Below, one piece after another: positions 38,450-50,700 of a DNA stretch of 64,000 nt (positions within the stretch are counted from its first letter, which is position 1; the number at the start of each line of letters is the position of its first letter). This DNA comes from Azolla caroliniana. Lineage: Eukaryota; Plantae; Polypodiophyta. A model generated the notes under the pieces. That model saw only the letters and a program-made list of their open reading frames with translations. It did not search any database and was not told the DNA's origin. Made by a program: the position numbers and the translations under genes. The DNA lies in NCBI GenBank assembly GCA_043228905.1, contig JBHGNT010000020.1, positions 5,766,001 through 5,830,000 on the forward strand, written 5' to 3'.

Positions 38450-41400
38450 TGTAAAAGAATAGCGTGCGGAAGCAATAGAAAACCAAACACAGAAACGCAA
38501 GTTTAATGGAGAGCTTAGAATATACACAGTACACGGGACAGATAGAGAGAGAGAGCACACAGAAACGAAATTCAAAATATTACTCAATCTGTACATCGTA
38601 TGTGTTCAGTGAACATTTTTATACAAGTCCATACGGACTAACAGAAGTACGGTGTACTTCAATGCTCACACAAGCATCTAACACTAACTATGAGACATTA
38701 ACTTCCTAGTAGTCTAGGTTGCTACTAGGCTTCTAGTTACTGGTGGATCTGGCTAACCGGCTCCACAGCTCACCGGCTCACTTGCTCACTGGCTCACCGA
38801 TCTGGCTCAGCCTTATTCAGTCGATCCGGATCCGGTTGAGCTTGCCCCTCAACACTCCCCCTCAAGCTCAACTTGAAGTCGGATTGTAGTGTCAGTCTCC
38901 ATGGCAGCCGGTCCTTCCACCCGGCTCCTTCTGGCGTCACTCTGCCTCACTCATGCTCCTCGTCCGGTCCGGTCCCATTTGCCGCGACCCTTCTGTTTCT
39001 GCGCACCTCGACCTCCTCGATCGGCTTGTCTATTCAACAGGCCCAATTCACCTCCCTCGCTGTTGTGACTTCGGTGCTTGCCGATTCGCCTATTCCTTCG
39101 TGTTGGTGTCGACTTTCGCTACCTTCTTGTCATCTTGGCCTTGAATGATCTGTTTCCTCCAAATTCGTCTATTGAACCGAATCGGTTGTCTCCGATTCGT
39201 TCCAGCTCTTGTCCGAATCAATCACTCCCGATTCGTTTTCTGGTTCCAGGCCCTTCACCACATCGGACCATGTCCGGGTCTTGGCGGCTCTGTCCTTCTT
39301 GACTTTATCGCCACTGCCGCTGGTTCCGACTTGTTCGGATATGTCAACTTCCTTTGTCGACTCGGCTCCTTTCTTTTCTTGTCTCTCCCCTTCTCGGGTC
39401 TTCCCTTACTGGCGTAACCGACAGTCTCTTTGCCTTTGCCCGTTCCGGTGTCGTTGCTAGTTCTCCCCCTCAAGTGTGGCACGTCGAGATGTTGAACACC
39501 AAGCATTTCGATGAAGTGTTGCAACTTGTCCAATCCGAGCGATTTGGTGAAGATGTCGACAACTTGCCAATCTGTATGAACATACCAAAGTTCAACTTCA
39601 CCGCTCAGGACACGCTCACGCACGAAGTGGTAGTGCACTTCTATGTGCTTTGTACGAGCATGGAATACGGGGTTCTTGGCGAGTTGCATGCTGCTTATGT
39701 TGTTGCAGTAGATCAGTATCGGGGTCAACACCTCGATCCGCAGGTCTTGCAGCAGTCGCCAAAGCCAAATGGCTTCACAGGTAGCAATGGTAGCGCCGCG
39801 GTATTCAGCCTTAGTGCTCGAAAGGGCCACTGTTGGCTGCTTTTTGCTGCTCCACACAACAGCAGCGCGACCAAGGTAAAACATATAGCCGGAGGTGGAT
39901 CGGCGATCCGATGCATCACCGGCCCAGTCAGCATCGGTGTAGCCAACTAGCTCTTCGGTTATACCATGCCGGTATAACAGTCCCCAGTCCTTCGTGCCGC
40001 TCACATATCGCAAAGTTTGATGCGCGCATAGAAGGTGCTCCATGGTTGGCTTCTGCATATATTGGTTGATCACGCCGACCAGATAACTGATGTCGGGTCG
40101 GGTGATTGTCAAATATATAAGGCTTCCGATGATTTGTCGGAACCACTTCTCATTGCAGGCCGGTCCGGAGTCGGGATAGAGCTTCTAGTTCCGGTCCAGG
40201 GGACTAGAGATCAGTCGGCATTCCGTCATGCCGAACTTGTACATCATATTCAACACATAGTGTCTTTGTGAGAGCAATATGCCGTCGAAGGTTTGGATCA
40301 CCTCGATCCCAAGGAAATAGTGAAGGTCCCCCAGGTCCTTCATCTCAAATGTGTCCGACAGCTAGGACTTGACTCCGCTGATTTCATCGAGTTTGGGTTC
40401 GGTGATGACTAGATCATCAACATACAGCAAGATGCAAACCGGACCGTCTGGATCTTGTCGGATGAACAACGAAGAGTCGGACTTGGAGGCCGCAAACCTC
40501 ATCTTACGCAACCGGTGCGTGATCTTCACATTCCAAGCTCGGGGGGCTTGCTTCATGCCATAAAGTTACTTCTTCAGTCGGCATACCGCCGACTTGTTCA
40601 TCTCCGTCTGGAAACCGGGAGTGTCGTCTCCGGTTTCGACCACTCCCGGTTGTTCCGGTTTCTCCAAGAAAGAGAACCACTCTTTCTGGCTCGTCATGTG
40701 ATTCGACGCAGTGAAATCAACGTACCACACTTTCTTCGATTCGAAAGTGGTCTTCTTCATTGAGTTAGCCTCGTGTTTCATCACCAAGGTTGGCCCTTTA
40801 CCAGCTTTTCCGGTTTTGGATCCTCCCGATCCTTCTGCGTAGTGTGAGTATTGTCGGTTCTCTCTATCGTCCTTGCCAGATCCGGATCTGTCCAAATCGG
40901 CGCGTTTCTTCCAACACTCACTTTCTCTGTGGCCCTTTTTACCACAACACCAGCATTCTGTGTCGGCCTTTGCTTGCCGGCCTCCGCCGCCGCCTTGACT
41001 CCCTCTCCTTGTGGAGTGTCCGGAACTGCTGTCGGCACTTTCTCTGTCCCTTTGTTCATGCTCTTGCTGGCCGCTACCATTGCGAGCTGACCCGCCTCGT
41101 CCACCACGCCCACGGGGCCGATCCGCCTCTGTGTACAACATCTAGTTGTCAGTGGGTGCACTTGTTGACGCACTGGCGTGGTTCTCCTCTACAAGGAGCA
41201 TCGACTGTAAGTCGAAAAATGACGGTCTATTCTCCCGTGTACACACAGAAGTTCGGAACACTCCGAACTTTGACACCAAACCTCCGAGACAGATTTGCAC
41301 CATATCGGCTTCTTCGATATTCACATCGATGGAGACCAAAGAGTTGCAAATGTCCTTGATTTTGGAGGTGTAGTTTGCCACTGAAAAGTCGCGTTGTCGT

Positions 41401-42942
41401 AGGTTTCTCAGCTCCTATCGGAGTTGAAGCTTCCTGGCTGTAGTGCTTGCGGCGAAAATCTTCTTCAGATTTCCCCAAGCATCTTTTGGTGTTTTTGCAT
41501 CCCGAATGTAGCTTAGGAGCTGTTCGCCCACACAAGACGCGAAGCAATACAATACTCTGCTCCCCGACTGTTCCCACACCGGGAAATCTCTGTGTGTCAA
41601 TTCGGGTGATGTGTCATTTGCTCTATCGACATAGCTCCAATAACCATGCCCGAGCAAGTGTTGGTGCATCTTGTAGGAGCAAGACGCGTAGTTGTTTCTG
41701 TCGAGCTTCTCGGTAGGAAGCGAGCTAGTCATGCCTCTATCCATTTGTTTTTTCTTTTTTGTTCTCCTTGATTAGTTTTCTTTTCAAGCTATGTCAGTTG
41801 CAAAGGTTCTCAACCCTCGCGCTCTGATACCATGTAAAAGAATAGTATTGTCGTGAAGAATTTCGGCCAGAGGCGGAAACCGGGAAATATTGGCTACATC
41901 GGCAGGGTGCACCATGTGCACTCACCCTTGTGTAATTGTGTGAATAATAGGAGTTAAGTCGGGACGAAGAATCCCATGTAAATCGGGATTTATCCCACAT
42001 TGTAACGCATCCCTCTCCTTATTCTATAAAAGGAAGGGATGGTCCCTTGTAGAAGGGTTGCCCATTTTGTATTAGTAGGGTATACCGTTAGACGGAGTGA
42101 CGTTCTCTCTCTCTCTCTCTCTTGTTTTAGGGTTTCTTCTTCTTGCTCGCCTCTTTTCTTTTCTTCTCCTTCGTCCTTCTCTGCGTCGAGCCTTGGCATC
42201 TAGCGTTACAGTTTTCTGCCCTATACTCTGTGCAAGACCCCGTTCGGCACGACAAGCCCGAGAGCTCCCCGACCGACGGCTTGGCAGTAGACAACGGTTG
42301 TATCTCGTGCGGCCTAGGTCTGGCTTGAAGTCGGTGTTGATTCTCATTGTCTTGTAAATACATATACATGTGGTTGTGCATATTCGGGTCTCTGTTGGTG
42401 TGCGTCTATGTGTCTTAGTGTTTCTTTCTTGCTTATGTACATGTTCGTGCGAGTGTCAATGTTAAGCGCCTGCTCTCTCTCTCTCTCTCTCCCTCCGGTT
42501 GCTTCCGGTGTGCTCCTGGGGTGCCCCGAAAGGAGTGAAGCGCGGCTTCCTACGCTCCGTCACTCCCTAGTCCAAGACCCCCGTGGTCCCGCCTTTCTCC
42601 ACGCACGCGCATAACAACGCGACAACGTGCGGAAGCAATAGAAAACCGAACACAAAAACGCAGGTTTAATGGAGAGCTTAGAATATACACAGTACACGGG
42701 ACAGATAGAGAGAGAGAGCACACAAAAACTCAATTCAAAATATTACTCAATCGGTACATCGTATGTGTTCAGTGAACACTTTTATACAAGTCCATACGGA
42801 CTGACAGAAGTATGGTGTACTTCAATGCTCACACAAGCGTCTGACACTAACTATGAGACATTAACTTCCTAGTAGTCTAGCGCTGCTACTAGGCTTCCGG
42901 TTACTGGTGGATCTGGCTGACCGGCTCCCCAGCTCATGGGCT
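38450..42942 (-). mobile_element. Internally deleted Ty1/copia (3' LTR 38450-38854; 5' LTR from 41833, interrupted and truncated)
   Basis: Matching LTRs. PBS complement gctctgatacca at 41821. Gag and protease are joined directly to RT/RNase H with the integrase missing. Confidence 0.9.
41849..42624 (+). repeat. Solo LTR inserted in the copia 5' LTR
   Basis: TGTCG...CGACA termini and a TATA box. The host LTR sequence resumes after it. TSD is degenerate. Confidence 0.7.
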
Positions 42943-43279
42943 CCCATACACAGACTCGGGTGAGAATGTAGGTGATTGTCAAAGTCCCGAAAGTATTTCT
43001 ACCCAGCAACAGAGAACAAATGTGCGCCAAGAGGAGGACACACCAATATCAACTAAGGATGACAAGACATAGCTTGAAAGGGTCTCAAGACGTATTAGTC
43101 GAGAACAATTTGCTTTAGTGACATCTGAGGCTCAACTTACCGTAGATGTTAAAAAGACATGTTGCGCTCGTGGGTGTATGGTGATGATTGGAAAGCAAAA
43201 CTTGCGGTCTTTGAGACGTTACTATTTTTCACTCAATGGTGATGAACAAAACACCTATCTTATGACACATTTACAGATG

Positions 43280-43993
43280 TGAAAGGACTACACGCTCCCG
43301 AAAACAACGCTCGGCCACAAATGAGTCTAGGATCAAAACATAGAAAATGGGTAAGGTACGCATGACACAGTGAAGAGAAGAGTACACAAGATGTTAACGT
43401 GGAAAACCCAAACTAGGGAAAAACCACGGCAGCCCACAGACTGCAAACTATCACTATATCACAATGTACAATAGTAAAGCATCGAGGCAACGACCTGGAG
43501 CTTGCTATCTTCGCCACAGGCGACGGTTAAAGCAGAGGCAACGACCTCTTCCTCTCTCTCTCTCTCTCTACACAGTTACGCACTCAAATCTTGCACCAAC
43601 AAGAATGACCACTATATTACACTAAGTTCGCCCTAAGTCATCTTTATACTAAAATGACTTTTTGGCTATTTGCAAATATAGCCACGATGGACTCTCAGAA
43701 ACATATTTATGAATATGTCCCTTCATCCGGTGAGCAGTCCTCACCGGGCCTGCATCATCCGGCGCTTGCCGGGCACTCGTCATCCGGTTCTCACCGGGCC
43801 TTGCTTGCCAGGTACTCGTCATCCAATTCTCACCGGGTCTTCCATTGCCGGGTACTCGTCATCCGCTTCTCACTGGGTCTTCCGTTGCCGGGTACTCCAC
43901 ATCCGGATTCGGCCGAGGCCTATTGGCCGAGGCCGAGTTGCTCATCAGCACTGTTCTTCTCACTTCCCATCCGGAGGGACCTGTTTCCTAACA
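43280..43993 (-). repeat. Solo LTR (Tnt1-like family of 3137-3810) inside the transposase gene
   Basis: TG...CA with 5-bp TSD AGATG on both sides. Confidence 0.92.
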
Positions 43994-46482
43994 AGATGGT
44001 GTTAGACAAAGCCTTAGATATCTCGATCTCTTTCGAGTATTACCTTTTTACGGCACGACAATGTTGTAGAGTGGCATTCAAGATCGCACTTTGTGTTAGC
44101 AACATGAGATTACATAGAGTGCAACAAAGACTTTTAAACACCAACAATCCCATTGAGGATGATAATTTGCCAAGTATGCATGGTGCATCAGGTAGAAATG
44201 CGATCTGTTGGATGAAGACATACTTCAAGTTCAAATGTGAGATAATGCCAACTACTGGTAGGTTGCATCTCTCTGACAATTATACACGTCAAGAAGTTTA
44301 TGATTCCTATAGATTGGAAATGTCAACTTGTTGCGACAAGTATGTCACCTACAGTCAGTTCACAAGGTTGTGGACATTGCACTTTAGTAATGTTATTATA
44401 CCTCATAAAGTACGTATGGGGTATTGTTCAGTATGTGCAAACCTAAAGAGCGTGTGTAAAGGGGCAAAGACAACGACAAAGAAGGAGCTAAATAAGAAAT
44501 TGTTACAAGATCACCGAGACACCCAAGCATTAGAGCGAAAAAGAGCTATGCGCCATAGGGAAAAGTCGATAAACAATCCAACTAAGTACATGTGTTTAAT
44601 GATAGATGGAATGGACCAAAAGAAGACGTGTCTACCTCATCTTAAACGTCTTCCTAAATATGTCAACGACGATTGTCTCGTGCAGATGCATTTGGTGGGT
44701 TGTTTAGCCTATAATGGAAGTGTGAAGCCTCATGTCTTCGTCACCTACCCAAATGTCCACAATGACCCTAAATTAACAGTCACTGTGATTCAAAAAGTAT
44801 TGATGTCTTGGGGGTAGTCTTTGTCGTCGGTTTTATATATCCAACTAGACAATATTGCTCGGGAAAACAAAAATTCTACGGTGTTTGGTTATCTAAGTAT
44901 GTTGGTGAACCAAGGAATTTTTAGGAAAGTGAAGGTTAACTTTCTATTGGTTGGTCACACACATGACCATATCGATGAGATGTTCAGTAACTTCTCTAGG
45001 CAGTTATCATGATATGATGCTTTTACGTTACCTAAGTTGTTCGACATCACTCGTGATGCATATACACCACGCCCAATCGTGGAACTCTTGAAGGAAATAT
45101 ATGATTTCAAGAGATACATATTAGATGGTGGTGAGCGAAATGCCAAAGTGTTAGCGCCCTTAAATAATATAAGTTTCAACCACGTATTCTTAATAAATAA
45201 AAATAATCATAGTGGTTGTACATTATTATATGCAAAGCAATATTCATCCTCCCTCAAATGGGAGCCTAAAGGCGGGTGTCAATTTCTACTTCATATGCCT
45301 TCAACTTTTATTTATGGTGCAAGATAAATGTCGATTGAGACTAAGAAAGTTGTCACTAATGTACTAGCTGATAATCCAAAGGATGTTTGGATGCAAGCGC
45401 TGTAAGACAAACGCAAGCACATTGACAATGCGATGAAGTATGTTGGGGAACAAGACACATCATGGTGGGATGTGTTCTTTAAAGATCAAGAACAAATTGT
45501 TGACAATTGTGTCCTTGGTACTTGGACCGTGCAAATACCCTTCACCTAGAATATACAACAGTGTCGTAATTTTCAGACTTCTCCTCTTGCACCTAATGCG
45601 ATTAATGATAGCTTGCTCCATCCACACAAAGGGACATATATGTTGGACCCAGGCTGACAAAAACAGCGGAAGCAAGGTGGCAAGGGAACTTGCAAGAATT
45701 GAAGGTGGGTATGTTAATTGCTACACCTGCTAATGATAATGAGTTAGGACATCAATTTTGGATTGGTAAGGTTTTAGATGTGGTGATGCATGAGAACCAA
45801 AGCCAAATCCAGTCTACAAAAGGTGCATTGGTACAACACTAAAAGCAAAATTGCCTTTACCGGCAAGTATGCTTTAGAGATGATGGAATGTCCACGGTCA
45901 AGGGGGAATAGAAAGAGGAAAAGAAATATTCGTAGCACTTCATGCCTAGACATTGGTGATATAGATCGTCTATACATAACATGGAATGTCAACATCTAGT
46001 TTTAGATGAAGACAATGCCTTAATAGGTACATCCGAAGATGACAAGGAACAATCTACATTGTATATTAGTTATAGTAGCGACTCTAGATCATGATTCAAG
46101 TGAGTTTTGTAAATTTGACACTCCTCAATGATATTTTGGTATCTAATGTAAGAGAGTGTCATTTGTAATACTCGAAATATGCGTAAATTATGTTTAGAAA
46201 TATTATTGCTATGTACAGACATTGTTTGTTACAAAATACATCACTTCTTGACTTCTCAGTGATAGTGGACATTGTACCATTTCGATTATAGCATAATTTT
46301 AGCGTTTTTCAAAGTTTAGGAAATGATGATTTTTTGAGGTTTTCCAACGACATTTTGAGAACATGGGATACTAGTATCATTACGTTTTGTGAATAGAGTA
46401 TCTAAACCCCAAAATTTGAGGGAATATTCCTTATCCTTCCATTTTTGCGTGATCCTTCTACTTCTGAACACGAACGTGTTAA

Positions 46483-46517
46483 GTGGAATGCGCTATCCAC
46501 TTGTGAACGCGAACGTG
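46483..46517. repeat. Terminal segment/TIR of the older copy 3 element
   Basis: gtggaatgcgctatccacttgtgaacgcgaacgtg resembles the reverse complement of the left end of copy 2. Confidence 0.65.
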
Positions 46518-46629
46518 TTTCTTGTTGAACTGAGGTTATAAGTTCAATCCTCACCAACTAATCACTGTGGCGTGACATTATCCTCGCCTTTATGACCGCC
46601 TTTTCGAAAGCGTGGTGTAGGGGTGAGCG

Positions 46630-46790
46630 AGAATTGGAGCACCAACGAACGTGAGCGACCATGTACGGTCCACACCGGGAAATGGAACACCAACGGGCGT
46701 GAGCGACCATGTGCGGCCCTCACCGGGAACTGGAACAACAATGGGTGTGAGCAACCATGTGCGGTCCTCATTGGGAACTGGAACAACAAC
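46630..46790. repeat. About 3 tandem 48-bp repeats (gtgagcgaccatgtgcggtcc..gggaactggaacacc)
   Basis: Visible in the sequence. Confidence 0.7.
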
Positions 46791-47324
46791 GAACGAAGGA
46801 GTGCAGGTGAAGTGGTCAACTCGACTTCTTCTATCATGAGAGGGTAAATAGTCGAGGTTGACCCAAGATACTGTTTTTCATAACATTCGATCATCGATAT
46901 ACCTAAAACATCTCTAGGAATCTTATCCTTAATTATTTCAATTGGAAATGTATTTTTAAAGTTGCCAATGGCTTGAATTAAAGATGAACCCTCAACATTA
47001 GTGCATGATTCTTTTGAAGATAGTTTTTGTCGTTATCCATACCAAGCTTGATATAGACTTATATTTCTTTTAAATGCCATTTCTTTTCTCGTTTCACATT
47101 CAAAATATTGTTTTTGCATACACATAGGAAACTAGTTCATAAAATACACCGTCTTCATTTATTTCCACTCAAATCTTTACACATGTGAGATCTTCTCTCA
47201 CAATAACAATGTCTAAACATTTATCTTCATCATCCCTGTGATGGTCAAACACTGATAATAGATTCTTCATCTTTGACCAACCAATAGAATGGGCCATCTA
47301 TCACTTTTCATATAGCCATACATC

Positions 47325-47620
47325 ATACATATGTGTATATTTATGTGTTTGCATGTGTGTATGTATATTCTATACATATGTGTGTGTTTGTTTATGTATG
47401 TATGTATGTATGTATGTATGTATGTATATTCTTTATATGTGTGCGTGTGTGTGTATTTATGCATGTGCGCATTATGTTTGTGCTATATATGTGTGATATG
47501 TGTACATGTATTAGGAATTAGGTGTAGGTACATCTACACTTGTGTGTACTTGTGTATCATGTGTACCTTCGAGGACCTAGGCCTCTGTGTGTGTGTGTGT
47601 GCGCGCGCGCGCGTATCTAT
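47325..47620. repeat. TG/TATG low-complexity microsatellite region
   Basis: Visible in the sequence. ORFs here are spurious. Confidence 0.8.
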
Positions 47621-47759
47621 ATATTGCATGTGTTGTATTGGTGAAAGCATGAGAATGGGAGCAATTAGTTGTGTCCTTGAAATAACTAATTAGCTATGCA
47701 AAAAGTTGAATCTAATTTACTTGTTTAGCAATTTTAGGGATTATCAAAATGTGATATAA

Positions 47760-50700
47760 TGTGGCGGTCACATGGACCACACCCAAATTAGGCCCCTACC
47801 AAGCCCCCATAATTAGAAGAGCTAATTGGAGCGGGAGAACACCCTCCACGCTAAGAGTAGTCTATAAAATGTAACTTGGAACGTAATGGAAGGGAGGCTA
47901 TTCTTGAGAGCATTTCACATCTTGGTGGAGAAGCAGGGTAGAGCAACCCCAACTCACAACCCCAACAACACACGCCACGATGCAACACGACAACAACGGC
48001 GGCAACGTAAACTCAATGAATCCGGAATTCCTACAACAACAAATTCACGAACATCAGCCCACATCGCCAATCGACCAACTGGTTCAAGCCCTGTCCAACA
48101 TTATTTTACAAGTTAACCATACTAACCAAGCCATGTTGTCATTTCTTTCAGCACGATCCGAGCCACAACAGAATCTCCTGGACCCTCGAGTTCGCCAAAA
48201 ACCATTCTCTGGCCTACCATCGGAAGATGTCCTCTCTTGGCTGGATCATTTCAAAATGGTGGCCAGTTACCACCAGTGGCCACACCCCCGAAAGGCAATG
48301 GAAATGAAGACATTCCTCGAGAATATCACAGCAACATGGCTCGTCCAACAACCCGAAGAGACACACAACGACTGGGATTTGTTACGGGTAGCCATGATTC
48401 GGAATTTTGCTCTTCAAGACTCCCGCCAGACAGCCCTACAACAACTCGAGTCAATTGGCCAACAGCCACACGAACCCATCACCCAGTTCGTGGTTCGGAT
48501 TGTGCAGATCCTACGTCGGGCTAACGCCAACATGTCGGAAGACATGAAGTTGTTTTTCTTTTGGCCGCGTATCCAACATGACCTCCGCCGCCATGTACGC
48601 GATCAAGGCCCGACGAGACTACACGAAGCCATCCTCACCGCCCAACGCATCGAAGCTGCAGACGCGCACGACATGCACACACCAGGTAATCTCAGTCATG
48701 ATCATACAAACACTATGCCAGCCACCACTCCCATGGACATCGACATCTAGAACGCGCAATTACATGCCAAGCGTGCATTGCCCGAACGAGATAGCCAGGG
48801 ACGCCCCAAATGTTTCTACTGCAACAACTAGGGCCACATTCGGCGTCACTGACGAAAGTGGCAAAATCACCAACAGAAGCAGAACGTCCAATTAGCCGAC
48901 GCTACCTCCCTCTCTGAACTCCCGGAAAACTAATACGCGGGGTGCCGTAGGGAGAGCGACCCCCGCACGTCCACACCTCCACGTCATCAACTTCTCCCGT
49001 TTCTCCACGATCGAGCCGCCCTCGCACGTCCACGCCTCCACGTCATCAACTTCTCCCATTTATACCACGATCGAGTCGACCCCGCATGTCCACGCTTCCA
49101 CGTCATCCACTTCGCCCGTTTGTACCACAATCGCCCGCCTCTAGCACACAACCCAAGAAGTTCTCCTCGACTCTGGCAGCATCATCTCTTCCATCAGCGC
49201 AAATGTAGTCACCCAATTACAACTTCCCACAAGCCACGCACCACACATTAAAATCCTCTTCGGCAAACAACAATGGTTGTACCACTCACATACGCAAGTC
49301 ATGTGCATGCTCATCATCTCTTCCATCAGCGCAGATTTAGTCACCCAATTACAACTTCCCACGAGCCATGCACCACACATTAAAATCCTCTTCGGCAAAC
49401 AACAATGGTTGTACCACTCACATACGCAAGACATGTGCATGCTCACCATCAGTTCCGCCCAAATCCAACATCGTTTCTACGTCCTCCCGCGCCAGTTGTT
49501 CCCAATCACCCTAGGCTGTGATTGGTTCCTCCATAGTCAAGCCTATTCTCGATTTCTCCTCACAACAACTCATCCTCCCCAATCACCTTCCGATCATGCT
49601 CTTCACTACTCCGCGAGATACCACCCACATCAGCAACACATAGTACCTGGTATCACCGACAGAGCGCATCCACGACATCTGACGGCTTCTAGCCACCTTT
49701 CCCTCGCTATCTACATCACCTACAAAACCTCCCTCGGTCCGTTTTCCAATCCACCACACGATTCCTACAGGCAACGCCCGCCCCATCAGCGCAACTCCCC
49801 AACATCACTCGCCTCTCGACCACGAGCGCATCGACAACACTGTCAAAACTATGCTACAATAGGGGATTATCACACCTTCCAAGAGCGAGTGGATCTCGGA
49901 GCCACACATGGTAAAGAAAGGGGATGGCTCTTACCGTTTTTGTGTCGACTTCCGATAACTAAACCATGTCACCACCCATGACCAATATCCTCTCCCTCGT
50001 AACGACGACCTCCTCGACCAGCTCAGCAAATCAAAGTACTTCACCTCCCTCGATCTGGCCTCGGGATATTGGCAGATCCCTATGAATCCTAAATATTCCC
50101 ACAAAACTGCATTCCGCACTAGGAAAGGCATTTTTCAGTTCACACGGATGCCTTTCGGCCTATCCGATGTTGGGAGCACATTCCAACGAATGGCTAACAC
50201 CATCTTCGATGATCTCATCACCCACCGCGTCGTCATCATCTATCTAGACGATATTCTGATACGTACAAGCACTTGGGCGGACCACCTTCAAGTCCTTCGG
50301 GAGGTCCTAACTTGTGTTCAACGCTATCGATTGCAGCTACAATGGAAGAAGTGTCGATGGGGTAGTATGCGCCTCTGCTTCCTCGGATACCTCATCTCCT
50401 TCGACGGAGTACAAATGGACCCAGAGAAGACGAAAGCAATCCAAAAACTCCCACACCCCACCACAGTCAAGCAGCCTCAACGCTTCCTCAGCCTCCTCAC
50501 GTTCTCTCTTCGCTTCATCCCATGGCTAGCCAACCTGTCATCCCCACTACGTGCGCTCCTGCAAAAAGACGCACCCTTCCTATGGACCGAAGCCTGCGAA
50601 TCCAGTTTCCTACAACTCAAGCGAACACTCGAAGCCTCTAACCTCTTAGCCCACCCTGATTTCACGAAGCCTTTCCATCTGCAGACGGATGCCTCCAATG

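Larger units (their letters stand above)
38285..46094 (+). pseudogene. Sola-like transposase (copy 2), interrupted by a copia element and a solo LTR
   Basis: MGNNSPFSVEEY start. Resumes near 42943 and at 43994. Motifs DGMDQKK, YIQLDN and GHTHDHIDEMFS. Confidence 0.82.
32080..46478 (+). mobile_element. TIR DNA transposon copy 2 with both ends (about 9.2 kb net of nested LTR elements)
   Basis: 32-bp TIRs at 32080-32111 and 46447-46478 (28/32 match, all mismatches transitions), flanked by TTAA at 32076-32079 and 46479-46482. Confidence 0.88.

Noticed and set aside
43654-44817. 387-aa ORF as a novel fusion protein
   Set aside because: The first ~113 codons are read-through from the solo LTR into the broken transposase frame.
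33273-46478. Simple segmental duplication explaining the similarity to 9079-16807
   Set aside because: Homology ends exactly at the TIR and the flanks differ, which indicates independent transposition.
47267-47693. Cys/Val/Tyr-rich ORFs
   Set aside because: Translations of TG/TATG microsatellite.
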